64,000 nt of DNA. Source: a virus. A model generated the notes under the pieces. The model was not told the DNA's origin. It made no database searches and saw nothing but the letters and a program-made list of their open reading frames with translations. How positions within the stretch are numbered: the stretch's first letter is position 1; each line of letters begins with the position of its first letter. Position numbers and translations under genes: made by a program. Shown here one piece after another: positions 46,516 through 56,097 of this stretch. Where the stretch lies: the IMG/VR virus record IMGVR_UViG_3300036828_000547, positions 1-64,000 of that record. One strand, written 5' to 3'.

Positions 46516-47313
46516 TTAGTTTTCCTGTTTGCGGAATGGAGTTTCCACGTCGCACATAGGCGCATCAACCTGACTAAGTCTCTTGTGACCTAGCATCCTT
46601 TCTGCCAATATCTGACCCCACTTTTTTATCCCTTTAAATTCAATTGCCAGTCGTTGTTTGGCAACTTCATCCATTTGGTCTACGTACAGTGACAATTGGA
46701 ACAACTCGTGACAATGTTGATTTACTTCTCTTATATGTTCATAAAACCTTTGCTTGGCGTTATCTGGCATCCGTCCAATCGGAACATCATCCTCTACAAC
46801 AATCCAAGCTTTATACCCTTCTTTTTCATTCAATTGTTGAAGCATTTCTCTTTCAGCCAATTGATGTTTGCTTAGAACCGGGGGTTGTGGTATAGTGGGT
46901 CCAGGAAAAGTTTTTTCAGCTATTTCCACAGCATGTTTACGCGGCCCGCGTAAACATACATCTTGGTTACGTGGAATTGGTTGTTCACGTAACCCAGATT
47001 CTACCAAAAAAGGGATTGTTTCTTCTCGCCAAATGTGTTGCCAAGAAGCAAGGTGAGTACGTATTAACACCTCTTTAGCTTTTTCCCTATACTTAGGATT
47101 TCCCATATTAATAAGGGAACTTCGATCTTGATGACTTATTACAGTTTTACCATATCCTTGTTCTGTTAGCCATTGCCCAAAAGATTTATCGGCACTGTGA
47201 CCTTGACCAAGGTTCTCACGTGCTTCCCACAGAGTTACCGCAAGCTCCATAGTTCCATCAACCCAATCAACTGTGACTTTTTTCCAGGCTTGGTCTAAAC
47301 GTTCCTTATACAT
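46516..47313 (-). CDS. hypothetical protein, DUF3102-like N-terminus
   Basis: AGGAG RBS at ATG 47313; LWEARE....FGQWL motif. Confidence 0.65.
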   Translation of the reverse strand: MYKERLDQAWKKVTVDWVDGTMELAVTLWEARENLGQGHSADKSFGQWLTEQGYGKTVISHQDRSSLINMGNPKYREKAKEVLIRTHLASWQHIWREETIPFLVESGLREQPIPRNQDVCLRGPRKHAVEIAEKTFPGPTIPQPPVLSKHQLAEREMLQQLNEKEGYKAWIVVEDDVPIGRMPDNAKQRFYEHIREVNQHCHELFQLSLYVDQMDEVAKQRLAIEFKGIKKWGQILAERMLGHKRLSQVDAPMCDVETPFRKQEN

Positions 47314-47331
47314 CTGTATTCTCCTAAAGAA

Positions 47332-47382
47332 AAGGCCGCACATAATAATACCATGTGCGGCCTTAGATTAGCAAATTTGATT
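47332..47382 (-). promoter_or_regulatory. promoter embedded in a terminator-like inverted repeat
   Basis: TTGCTA-18-TATTAT; the -10 lies in the loop of a 12-bp IR followed by TTCTTT. Confidence 0.6.
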
Positions 47383-47995
47383 ATGCTGTTTTTCTGTAAT
47401 AACCTTCCACAGCCCATCGTGACTTTGGTAGCCCATTCTGAGCAGCTTTTTGTCCCGGGACACTGATTGGTTTCACAATCGGTTTGGTTTCTACTACTTC
47501 CTTATTATTATTTTCAGCTTTTGGAGCTTCCTTAATATCATTCTCAGCTTTTGAAAGAATCTGACTTACTAAAGTAGCTTTAGGAGGTCCAGGCCTAAAC
47601 TTTTCTACTCGTCTCGATGACTTACGTTGCCGATTCTTCTGTTTACCTGAACGAAAGTGAATGGAAATTACTGTGGGGTGAACATCGCTCCTATTTATGT
47701 CGAACATATTTGCTAAGTCCCATGCTTCTTCTGACATGTAGAACTCAAGTTCCCATTTTTCATCACCAAAGTCTATCCATACATAGATATGATTGCCAGC
47801 TACTTCAGCTCTATAACAAGACTCAATGGCAGAATGAAGTGCCCGAACAAAGGCACAATTCCGCTTATCTCCAGGAATAGCATCGTCTATATTTTCTTGG
47901 GAAACATAGATTGTAATGCGTCTTCCTGGAGTTAGACCTAGCAAATCTTTTGCTGTATAACGAACAAAAGACGTAGCTGTATCTAGGCTTGACAT
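47381..47995 (-). CDS. hypothetical protein
   Basis: AAGGAGG RBS; IDDAIPGDKRNCAFVRAL motif. Confidence 0.7.
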   Translation of the reverse strand: MSSLDTATSFVRYTAKDLLGLTPGRRITIYVSQENIDDAIPGDKRNCAFVRALHSAIESCYRAEVAGNHIYVWIDFGDEKWELEFYMSEEAWDLANMFDINRSDVHPTVISIHFRSGKQKNRQRKSSRRVEKFRPGPPKATLVSQILSKAENDIKEAPKAENNNKEVVETKPIVKPISVPGQKAAQNGLPKSRWAVEGYYRKTA

Positions 47996-48098
47996 GTTAT
48001 CCTCCTTAATCTTAGTGTTCCCGTACGAGGTCTAACCCTAAGGTACGTACACTAAAATTAAGTAGCACACCTTAATATGAGAGCACAAGTTTGATTGT

Positions 48099-48533
48099 TT
48101 AGTCTTCCATTCTTGAGTGATGACCTCCATCTTCCGGTGTCCCAGGTCTATTCTGCTCTTCTGTAGCCAGAGCAAGGATTTTTGTAAGAATCTGGTGAGC
48201 ACCTTTCAGTGCCCTTTCATTTTGGTATGTACACAGTATGAATAAATATCGCTGCTCTAATTGGCTTAGATTGTTTGCTTCTGCGAACCGGTTAAGCTCC
48301 ATGTCTATCTCAACATTGTTTCGCTTAACATCGTAAGTTGCAACCTCAATCAATTTATCTAGATAATGCATTGCTTTCTGTAGATCTTGGACTCCAAGTT
48401 TCTTACGCCATCTAGCAACATGCTTGGTCGTACATCCCTCTAGGTAGCCTAGAGGGATTTTCACGCATAGATCCCAATGTTGGTATGATGTCTGATAATG
48501 ATTTCCACCAACTTGACTTTCATTCGCTGGCAT
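48099..48533 (-). CDS. DUF3310 family protein
   Basis: QVGGNHY...QHWD...YLEG...K...RWRKK.GVQDLQKAMHYL. Confidence 0.8.
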   Translation of the reverse strand: MPANESQVGGNHYQTSYQHWDLCVKIPLGYLEGCTTKHVARWRKKLGVQDLQKAMHYLDKLIEVATYDVKRNNVEIDMELNRFAEANNLSQLEQRYLFILCTYQNERALKGAHQILTKILALATEEQNRPGTPEDGGHHSRMED

Positions 48534-49125
48534 TTGGTTTCTCCCATTTCTCAATAAACCACCAGTCTTCTTCCATTCCATACACAAAGGCTGTAGGACA
48601 CTGTCTAAAAAATAACTTCAACCTAAGCGCGACATATCCTGCTAAACGAGGGCTGGGTGAGCTTTCATACACAGATTTGAGACATCTGTTGGCAATAATA
48701 AATCCATGATTATTGCCTATTGTGACTTGATCTAAACCAAACTCTGCCATTTCTACAAGTTCAATCTGTTTAAAGAATGCCTTATCAGTATCTGATAAGA
48801 CTGTTTGTCTAAAAGAATTCCAGTACTCCATCTGGGTAGCTTGAGATTTTAATTCTAAAAATTCCATCTGTTCCTTTAGTACAGGATTATCCCGCTTAAC
48901 CGGGTATGGAATATCTCCGGTAGAATGTTCTCCTATATCGTGGAACATAATATGCTGAATCATGTGTAGATCTGGTGTATTTGTAATACTAAGATAGATT
49001 CGTAAGATCTGCCAGCAGTGTTCTGCGACAGACTGCTGACCCACAATCGGCCAAGTGTGGTATCTACGAATCTGACCAGCTAATCGGATATCTAGACGTA
49101 CACATTCATCATCATTTTCTGACAT
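48520..49125 (-). CDS. HD-domain nucleotidase (YfbR-like)
   Basis: RRYHT...QSVAEH...FHDIGEHSTGDIPYPVK. Confidence 0.85.
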   Translation of the reverse strand: MSENDDECVRLDIRLAGQIRRYHTWPIVGQQSVAEHCWQILRIYLSITNTPDLHMIQHIMFHDIGEHSTGDIPYPVKRDNPVLKEQMEFLELKSQATQMEYWNSFRQTVLSDTDKAFFKQIELVEMAEFGLDQVTIGNNHGFIIANRCLKSVYESSPSPRLAGYVALRLKLFFRQCPTAFVYGMEEDWWFIEKWEKPNASE

Positions 49126-50131
49126 TGCGCCTCTCCAACCATTCACGACCAGCTTGTTTCCAGTCTGGAGCAGATACTGCTTCAACAACATCTAAAGCGT
49201 CTACCATCTTTCCATTTTTATATAGGTGATGTGCCATAGCCATTCTGAGGACTACTTCACGTAAAAACGTATTCGAAATATTTCCATCGTATATTTGCAG
49301 ATCACCATGATGCATCGCATCTACAAAGGCCATGATCTCTAATAGTTCTTCATCGAACACTAGAGGACGCTCTATCAATGGTAATTTCGGGCCATAGACA
49401 CTGGTATCTAAAAGATGGTAGTCTAATCTATCATTGATCATGTCTTTATTTAGACGCTTCTGTAAAAGTTCAATATGGTCCGTATACAAATGTAGATTAG
49501 TTGTAATCTGCCAATACTCACCAATATCAACACCAATTCTACTGGCAAGATACTCTTGTAAGATTGGAAAATGGACTGCATTCGCACCACAACATCCCCA
49601 CATCAAATCGTTAGAACGATTAAATACTACCATGTTTAGTTTACGATCCATAATCCTGAATGTGACAACAAGATTACATGGCACGGCAGAATAAGCTCTT
49701 AAGTCATCTCTACCTGCTCCCCACATTTGTAGAACCATTTGCCGGGTGGAGGGATTCTTCCGAAGCTGGTTGACGATATTATCCAACTGGTTGTATCCTA
49801 GACCATATCTCCATCTTTGCCCATAGGCATCCATCACAATACCATTGGTCGCAAACATCTTACTAAAATATGAAATGTAATTATCCAGGAATGCCCCGTC
49901 ATCCCTCCCGGCTAACATCCACATGGCTTCCATTAAATGGAAGAATGGATTGGCATCTCGGACCGGGTTTAATAAGACATGTTCTTTGGGATATGTATAA
50001 CGGATTGTAACGGGCTCAGGAAATACCAGTGCTTTTCCAATTCTGGTATCTTCTTCTACGCCATGGTCTAGAAGAAGTCCTACAGCCGCTGGAAAAGCAT
50101 CACGGAGATTATTAGCATTGATGACGTGCAT
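49112..50131 (-). CDS. thymidylate synthase homolog, likely dUMP hydroxymethylase
   Basis: RDANPFFHLMEAMWML, PCN, NRSNDLMWG..GAN (Asn suggests dUMP specificity), NLHLY; GAGGAGG RBS. Confidence 0.8.
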   Translation of the reverse strand: MHVINANNLRDAFPAAVGLLLDHGVEEDTRIGKALVFPEPVTIRYTYPKEHVLLNPVRDANPFFHLMEAMWMLAGRDDGAFLDNYISYFSKMFATNGIVMDAYGQRWRYGLGYNQLDNIVNQLRKNPSTRQMVLQMWGAGRDDLRAYSAVPCNLVVTFRIMDRKLNMVVFNRSNDLMWGCCGANAVHFPILQEYLASRIGVDIGEYWQITTNLHLYTDHIELLQKRLNKDMINDRLDYHLLDTSVYGPKLPLIERPLVFDEELLEIMAFVDAMHHGDLQIYDGNISNTFLREVVLRMAMAHHLYKNGKMVDALDVVEAVSAPDWKQAGREWLERRNVRK

Positions 50132-50960
50132 GTTTGCCCTCCTCATATGCTTTTTGCCATTGAACCATTACATCAGAACGCTCTTCCATGTCCTTCCAGA
50201 CTGACCCAGCAGTTTTGGTAACAAGAGTCACATATTCAGGGTGATACTGTTGAAGTTGTTTTGCGGCTTGTGTCTGCATCTCTTCAGTCCGATATTTACT
50301 ACATCCACCTTTCGCACCACTGCCACGTTGATTCCAAACGTATTGATATGATACACGGTTTGGATAACCTTTACGCAAGAGTTGCAATGTCAGGTCAAAA
50401 TCTTCCATAACCGGGATACGGCCAAACTCGACGCCTAACTCCTGCAATGCCTGAACATCATAAGCGTAGGCATTCATCATGCGGGTAACATCACGATACG
50501 GTTCTGGGCCTAAGAAATGATTGCTACCTTGCCGTGCGGCGAGGCCAATATGAACAAATCCTTCTGCCAGCCATTGTTCAAGTCGTAGAAACATAGCCTC
50601 TAAACGTTTAGAATCTTTTATTGTTTCAAGAGCAGGATCACTCATGATAGGTCTATAACAAAAATCCATGTCATCATCTAACATCAATATATGCCGTTCT
50701 CCACGGGATGCAGCATACTCTGTCATAATCCATTTGCGGGTGTGCGAAATGCCATAATGTTCATTAGGCACGTAAGCATCTGTTAACTTTAACATCGGAT
50801 TCTCATCTCTTATAAAGTTAATATTGTTGATATAACTAATCCGTTCATTTCTGGGAATGCACAGCACAACCTCACGCTGTGACTTCATATCAATGAAATT
50901 ACGCACTGTCACCTGTTCTTTCCAGTGCCCTCTACCACTGCTAGGAATGCAGATTAACAT
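50112..50960 (-). CDS. GT-A fold glycosyltransferase (TAGT/JGT/GREB1-like)
   Basis: ICIPSSGR, GISHTRKWI, MLDDD, EDFDLTLQLLRKG, GGCSKYRT. Confidence 0.75.
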   Translation of the reverse strand: MLICIPSSGRGHWKEQVTVRNFIDMKSQREVVLCIPRNERISYINNINFIRDENPMLKLTDAYVPNEHYGISHTRKWIMTEYAASRGERHILMLDDDMDFCYRPIMSDPALETIKDSKRLEAMFLRLEQWLAEGFVHIGLAARQGSNHFLGPEPYRDVTRMMNAYAYDVQALQELGVEFGRIPVMEDFDLTLQLLRKGYPNRVSYQYVWNQRGSGAKGGCSKYRTEEMQTQAAKQLQQYHPEYVTLVTKTAGSVWKDMEERSDVMVQWQKAYEEGKHARHQC

Positions 50961-50970
50961 ACCTCTCTCC

Positions 50971-51867
50971 TTAGATATGACGGAACACCTGCCTTGGACG
51001 ACCTATACCTAACCGAGTCTTTTCATACTTGCTAAACTCACAACAATGGTTTTGTGTATCCTGACAATGGAATGGCCCTAGATCCTTTAGTGCTTCGTTT
51101 TCTCGCAGATTTAAACATTGAATTTCGACTTGCCACTCTTTCTCATTCCAATGTGTAGCCATAAATCGATTGAGTACAGCGTTCAGACCTTTCTGGCTAC
51201 CCGGTCCCGGTGCCGCCCATGTCCACCAGTCCTCAACTTCACGCATGAATGGCAAATATTTCAGGTCTGCTACAAGTTGAGCAGCCATGAATGGACCTAG
51301 TCCATTACAGTCTTCACGAAGCCAATCGTACATCTGTTGTAGTGTTGGCGGGGTCTCCAGTAACCATTCTTTCCATTGCTCCTCCCATGGCTTCTTACAC
51401 CATTCATGGAAGTAACAGACAACCCCGACACCCTTATCGTGACCCGGCTTTCCATTTATAATGAATGCTCCTGTCACATGTGGCGTTGGAATCTTTTCTA
51501 AGCACTCAAGCAAAATTCTTATATCTCTATTGCCATCAATGTATCGTTCGAATACTGATTTCCCCCCAAAGTCTGGTTCATTAAATAAAGCATCACAAGT
51601 TGATATCCTATTGAACCACCGATAAAGGACTGTTGCCGGGAGAACCCACGCATCGTCTTGGGTGTAGGGGTTACGTATGGTTTTCTGATAATGCAGAGAA
51701 GTACGGTCTCGTTCCCGGTAAATATCTGTGAAGCGATAAAACTGTAAGATTCTATCTTCTGTCCAAGGCCAAGGCTCGCCACCAGTCTTTCTATGATATA
51801 TCTCATTTCTCTCGCGGATGAACGCGATATACCGATCGAATGGGTCTTCGATGTCAGTGATACTCAT
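50971..51867 (-). CDS. aGPT-Pplase1/HMUDK-helical family DNA base-modification protein (HhH-glycosylase-like)
   Basis: FIRER..I...K.GG..PWTEDRIL..YRFT.IYRE.DR, RWFN, GLGPFMAAQLVADL, GPGSQKGL, CEFSKY. Confidence 0.8.
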   Translation of the reverse strand: MSITDIEDPFDRYIAFIRERNEIYHRKTGGEPWPWTEDRILQFYRFTDIYRERDRTSLHYQKTIRNPYTQDDAWVLPATVLYRWFNRISTCDALFNEPDFGGKSVFERYIDGNRDIRILLECLEKIPTPHVTGAFIINGKPGHDKGVGVVCYFHEWCKKPWEEQWKEWLLETPPTLQQMYDWLREDCNGLGPFMAAQLVADLKYLPFMREVEDWWTWAAPGPGSQKGLNAVLNRFMATHWNEKEWQVEIQCLNLRENEALKDLGPFHCQDTQNHCCEFSKYEKTRLGIGRPRQVFRHI

Positions 51868-53423
51868 TCGAACAGCCTCTCAAAGTGATATCGTCTATCT
51901 GGATGTACAAGGATAAGATCTTGATATGTCCTAGTCACACCGGTATAGAAAACCCTTGTTTCTTCGTCCATATTACCAGTCCCAAATCTTTCTGCTGCCT
52001 TGGCAGTATCTGAGAGCAAGATGACCTTGTCAGCTTGCCCTCCCTTAACGCGATGGATAGTAGAAATATGTACTGAAGGAATCTGTAAAAGTGAGTTGCC
52101 ATTATTCAAAACCTTTTCTATATATTCAACATCTCTTTGTTCTATTTCTACAAAAGCTTCTTGCCATGTTCCCTGAGCCAGTAGGCCATAATCTCGTCTT
52201 AATTCGTGTAGTGTAACATCAATTGTTTCACTTTGTCCAGCTAGACGTTTCAATCTAGCTTTATGACCATAAGCAACTCCCGGTTTTTTCTTACTTGGGT
52301 TTCCTTCACCTGGAAGTAGCTCATAAATTTTGAGAGCATCGGTCGCTGGTATAGTCTTACCTTCGTGTAGATCAACCCAAGCTGTGATTGCTCTGGCATA
52401 GGTTGGTTTGATACTATTAGCATCAAAATAACGATATAGAATACCTTGACTACGGCAATATGGAATGAACTTCCGTCGTAATGATTTTACAGTACGCCCC
52501 AGCATCATCACACTCTTGCCAGAGTCTAAGATACTTGGGTCTAATTGTGATATGCCCTCTAATGTACTGCAACTACCCTCGGCTGATCGAGGGAGCCAAT
52601 GCTTTTCACGGCGATTGTAGATTTTACTAATCATACGATTAGCTAACTGATGAACAGTTGTTGGAACCCTATAGCTTTGTTTGAGAACAGTGACTTGACC
52701 GGGTAACGAAATAAACCGCGTACTCGCTCCGGCCCAAGTAAAGATTGTTTGGTCATCATCACCAGCCACGTACATTCGTTTAACGAATCTTGCTAATTGT
52801 TCAACCATCAACCATTGCAACTCACTCAAATCTTGTGCTTCATCAACAATAAGAACTTCTAGGCGTGGTGGGTCATCTATTTTAATAAACTCTTCTAGCA
52901 TATCAGTAAAATCAAGCAATTGTCGCTCTGTTTTATATTGCCTGAACTCTTTGATTATTCGTTGTGCGCGCTCAAAATCTGGTACAATAAAATCATTCTG
53001 TAACAATACAGCATCTACTGATTGTCGGGTAATACGGGCAAAGTTTTCAAAGAATAAAACTAAATCATCTCCATAGAAATTCGTATAAGTACCATCGTCA
53101 GATGATAAGCTGCCACGAATCTCGTATCCATACTCTTCACCAAACTCCTGCACTTTTCTACCGGTAAAAACCTGATTAGTGTTGAGACCTAGTTGTCTGA
53201 ACGCTGCTGAGTGCAGTGTGTTGAAATACCGAAACCGGCTGCGGGGTAGCTGAAATCGTTCACTCGCACGAGTGATGGCTTCCTCTACACCGCGCTTTGT
53301 GAATGTCATGAACCCTATGTGATCTGGTGGGATACCGCGGTCCATTTCCATGTCCACGGTATCCAACAGAGTTGTGGTTTTCCCGGTGCCGGGGGGACCG
53401 ACGAATATGGTGGGTTTTATCAC
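51864..53423 (-). CDS. UvrD/Rep-family SF1 helicase
   Basis: GPPGTGKT, VDEAQD, AGDDDQTIF, QSYR, STIHRVKG, FYTGVTR. Confidence 0.9.
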   Translation of the reverse strand: MIKPTIFVGPPGTGKTTTLLDTVDMEMDRGIPPDHIGFMTFTKRGVEEAITRASERFQLPRSRFRYFNTLHSAAFRQLGLNTNQVFTGRKVQEFGEEYGYEIRGSLSSDDGTYTNFYGDDLVLFFENFARITRQSVDAVLLQNDFIVPDFERAQRIIKEFRQYKTERQLLDFTDMLEEFIKIDDPPRLEVLIVDEAQDLSELQWLMVEQLARFVKRMYVAGDDDQTIFTWAGASTRFISLPGQVTVLKQSYRVPTTVHQLANRMISKIYNRREKHWLPRSAEGSCSTLEGISQLDPSILDSGKSVMMLGRTVKSLRRKFIPYCRSQGILYRYFDANSIKPTYARAITAWVDLHEGKTIPATDALKIYELLPGEGNPSKKKPGVAYGHKARLKRLAGQSETIDVTLHELRRDYGLLAQGTWQEAFVEIEQRDVEYIEKVLNNGNSLLQIPSVHISTIHRVKGGQADKVILLSDTAKAAERFGTGNMDEETRVFYTGVTRTYQDLILVHPDRRYHFERLFE

Positions 53424-53596
53424 TGGCGACTCTTAATGAATGCACGCATTTCTGCTTCAGTCACTGGCATACCCAACTTCTTCTTTTCCTTGTCAGTCAT
53501 TAAGATATAACCGGGTTCTTGGTTCAATCGGGCAACTTCCAACTTCAACCATCCTGGAGGCCATTCCTCCAGAGGTACGTCTCTGATATGCGGCAT
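53420..53596 (-). CDS. hypothetical protein (58 aa, not in the ORF track)
   Basis: MPHIRDVPLEEWPPGW...KSRQ*; GTGA overlap with helicase. Confidence 0.55.
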   Translation of the reverse strand: MPHIRDVPLEEWPPGWLKLEVARLNQEPGYILMTDKEKKKLGMPVTEAEMRAFIKSRQ

Positions 53597-53607
53597 GTAT
53601 TACCCCA

Positions 53608-54378
53608 TTAGAATGGAATATCTTCACCTTTTCCACCATCGATGGGTGCTTCAGCTTTCTTTTCACCCTCTGCGATTGCATTGCTGAATGCTATACAAGC
53701 TTTTATCTCTTCAACTGTAGATTTACCGACATCTTCAAACTTGAGGCCGAACCATTTTCCCTTGACGTTGCTTTGTGGAACAGTCGAAAGACGATATTTG
53801 TGTGCAAAAGCTGGCATGATTTTGCCGGTTGTCGGGTGCTTAAACCGGTGGAACATGGTCTGCCATTGACGTGCGAATGTGTGTTTTGTTGAACTGCATG
53901 GGAATACATATGGATCCCCATCAACTATGAGATAAAATTCTCTAGTGTCTACAATGAAATTTCCATTCCCACGTACCATGACTTCTCGTTCCTTGCCATC
54001 ATCACCGATTATTGTCTTAGCAACCATATCCATTGGTGGACTATCATGACGAGTTACAAACCCACCTCGGTTAGGAAGCCATTCAATCCATGTACGGAAC
54101 ATTTCAACAGGAATAGCCTCAATTCCTTCTTCACCGTTACGAATAGGGTCGAGGGAATTGCGTAACCAGAAGTCCCCAGCCTCTGCGCCTTCAATATAGT
54201 TATCCCCGCGTTTCTCTACTTGAGGCGACAATGCTTGTAGAACGTAGATCAAAGGTACAAGCTGATCTTCTGCCTTGAAGCTTACGCCCCTCTCAGCATA
54301 CTGTTCTGTGAGGGAAAGGTACTCATCCTGCTCGGCAGGAAGTTGTGTTTCTACTGTTTTTAGCGCCTTATCTGCCAT
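53608..54378 (-). CDS. putative single-stranded DNA-binding protein
   Basis: P.I.VLQALSPQV, IEGAEAGD, N.KGKWFG, acidic EDIPF C-terminus; AGGAGG RBS. Confidence 0.7.
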   Translation of the reverse strand: MADKALKTVETQLPAEQDEYLSLTEQYAERGVSFKAEDQLVPLIYVLQALSPQVEKRGDNYIEGAEAGDFWLRNSLDPIRNGEEGIEAIPVEMFRTWIEWLPNRGGFVTRHDSPPMDMVAKTIIGDDGKEREVMVRGNGNFIVDTREFYLIVDGDPYVFPCSSTKHTFARQWQTMFHRFKHPTTGKIMPAFAHKYRLSTVPQSNVKGKWFGLKFEDVGKSTVEEIKACIAFSNAIAEGEKKAEAPIDGGKGEDIPF

Positions 54379-54393
54379 TTTGCTCCTCCTAGG

Positions 54394-54735
54394 TTAGAAT
54401 GGTAGCTCCTTGTCCGGGAATTCATCTTCGCCCATAATACTTGACCATGAGATAACCACATATCGTTCAGGACTATCTCTTTGGTCACCATGGTTATACA
54501 ACCAGATAGCTCTTTCAAAAGAAACAAGCTGCTGTTCTTCTCTCTTATTTTGAAATAGCACTGACTCTATTTTTAAATAATAAGCGACCTTAAAATCTTC
54601 GTGGTTTATGGAACAATTTTCATGTTCAGACGATTTACTGAATAATGCCGTACCAACATCCATACCGATATCTTCATATACACGTATAAGATCAGCCTTA
54701 TATAAACGGAGTATCTTTCTGGGTCTCCATTTCAT
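54394..54735 (-). CDS. hypothetical protein
   Basis: GGGAGG RBS; ends in ELPF. Confidence 0.65.
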   Translation of the reverse strand: MKWRPRKILRLYKADLIRVYEDIGMDVGTALFSKSSEHENCSINHEDFKVAYYLKIESVLFQNKREEQQLVSFERAIWLYNHGDQRDSPERYVVISWSSIMGEDEFPDKELPF

Positions 54736-54745
54736 GTCACCCTCC

Positions 54746-54790
54746 CATCGTGGAAAATATAGTGTAAGCCATTATTTCCATGATGCGCAA
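54746..54790 (-). promoter_or_regulatory. promoter embedded in an inverted repeat
   Basis: TTGCGC-18-TACACT; arms CATCGTGGAAA and TTTCCATGATG flank the -10. Confidence 0.5.
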
Positions 54791-54808
54791 GCCTTTATAA
54801 TGGCTTTG

Positions 54809-55366
54809 TTATTTGATCTTAATCTCATCAAACACAAATACTCCTAGAAGGTCCATAGGAATTTGATGTCCTTTGAGTATCTCGGATTTTACAAACGCCT
54901 TCAATGTCATGTGATGTACAGACTCGTTTGTGTAGTATTGGACTTTGGCATCACTCAATATTTTCATAACTCGTAAACGCTCTTCATGCTCCTGCATTCC
55001 GAAGAAGATATTAATGACTGACTTGACCAAGTCACCATGGTCATTCTGCTCTAACCATTCAAATGCTGCTTGGCGCTTGTCTTCAGGAATCTTTGCATTG
55101 TAAACCGTCCCTCGTTCGGCTACGAATGCTGGATGGTTCCCCGTCGCCTCTACGGTAACACTGGAAATACGAGCTTGAGTAAACATTTCCGGCAGTTCTT
55201 CGCGCTCGATTTTCTTAATGTTGTTTTCTACGAGCTTAACTTGATTCTCCAGATCAGTTTTCTTGAGGTACGCATCACGCAATTCTGAAGCACGCTTCCG
55301 AATTGTGTTGAGGTCCACCGGCTTTTCGTAGCCTTCGAGAAGGTCTAATGCTTCTTGATCAGTCAT
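54809..55366 (-). CDS. conserved phage replication-cluster protein
   Basis: AGGAG RBS; LPEMF, AFEWL...HGDLVK, VHHMTLKAFVK motifs. Confidence 0.75.
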   Translation of the reverse strand: MTDQEALDLLEGYEKPVDLNTIRKRASELRDAYLKKTDLENQVKLVENNIKKIEREELPEMFTQARISSVTVEATGNHPAFVAERGTVYNAKIPEDKRQAAFEWLEQNDHGDLVKSVINIFFGMQEHEERLRVMKILSDAKVQYYTNESVHHMTLKAFVKSEILKGHQIPMDLLGVFVFDEIKIK

Positions 55367-55390
55367 TGGGTTGCTCCTGATAGAAAAGAT

Positions 55391-55529
55391 GCGTGGGTTT
55401 GCTTTGCAACATTGCATCGCTTCTGGTGTCCTTGGACCGACTACGACATTGCCCTCTAACTAGAAACGGCAGGACACCTTTCATTTGAGCAGAGCCTACT
55501 TCTGGCTTTGCCGAATCCGACGCCCACGC
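55391..55529. ncRNA. candidate multi-stem structured RNA/leader
   Basis: closing stem GCGTGGG/CCCACGC enclosing two 8-bp stems. Confidence 0.4.
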
Positions 55530-55548
55530 TCGCCGAACAGGTTACTTT

Positions 55549-55782
55549 CTAGCGAGGGAACTCGGTTGTTGACATTGAAAGCGCGGGCCACGCACTTTCT
55601 ACAAGCTGATACAAGCCACGCTGAAGGCGTATCACCTTACCAGCTTCGATCAGTACTTGCAGCTCCGCAGCCATCTTGAAGCACTCACCTTTGGAAAAGT
55701 TTTCCATTTTACCGAGCACCAGAGCACTGCGGCAAAACTCTACCCAACGAAACGTATTAGCTGGTCGTAAGCTATGTATCAT
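55549..55782 (-). CDS. hypothetical protein
   Basis: AGGAG RBS; promoter upstream. Confidence 0.6.
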   Translation of the reverse strand: MIHSLRPANTFRWVEFCRSALVLGKMENFSKGECFKMAAELQVLIEAGKVIRLQRGLYQLVESAWPALSMSTTEFPR

Positions 55783-55816
55783 CTTATTTCTCCTATGGGC
55801 GCTGAATGCGCTACTT

Positions 55817-55862
55817 TGTAAAGCATTATACCCCCAAAACCCATGAATTACAAGGGGTTAGC
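55817..55862 (-). promoter_or_regulatory. sigma70-type promoter followed by GCTTTACA
   Basis: TTGTAA-17-TATAAT-GCTTTACA. Confidence 0.75.
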
Positions 55863-55873
55863 TGTGGATCTGG

Positions 55874-56077
55874 TTATGCGTCTTCCTTACCCTCATCCTC
55901 ATCATCATCGTCATCACCATCAGTCTCAAACCAAGATATGAATTCCTCGAAAGCTGTCTCTAGTCTTTCATTTGCAACAAGAGCCTGTCTTATTGCATCT
56001 CGCTTTATGGTCCAACGTTGGCTGTCATCGTCCACCACATCTGCGATGAGGTCAAGCAGTATCCCTATTTTACCCAT
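55874..56077 (-). CDS. small acidic-tail protein
   Basis: GGAG RBS at MGKIG; third gene of the Ubl operon. Confidence 0.6.
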   Translation of the reverse strand: MGKIGILLDLIADVVDDDSQRWTIKRDAIRQALVANERLETAFEEFISWFETDGDDDDDEDEGKEDA

Positions 56078-56097
56078 GCTTATCTCCATTGAGTTTA

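Noticed and set aside
48011-48062. Hairpin region as a tRNA
   Set aside because: No T-loop GTTC, cloverleaf or CCA; more likely a leader hairpin near the SD.
49112-50131. dCMP hydroxymethylase or ordinary ThyA
   Set aside because: Asn rather than Asp at the specificity position argues against dCMP; the RDANPFFH motif and neighbours favour dUMP hydroxymethylase, though ThyA activity is not excluded.
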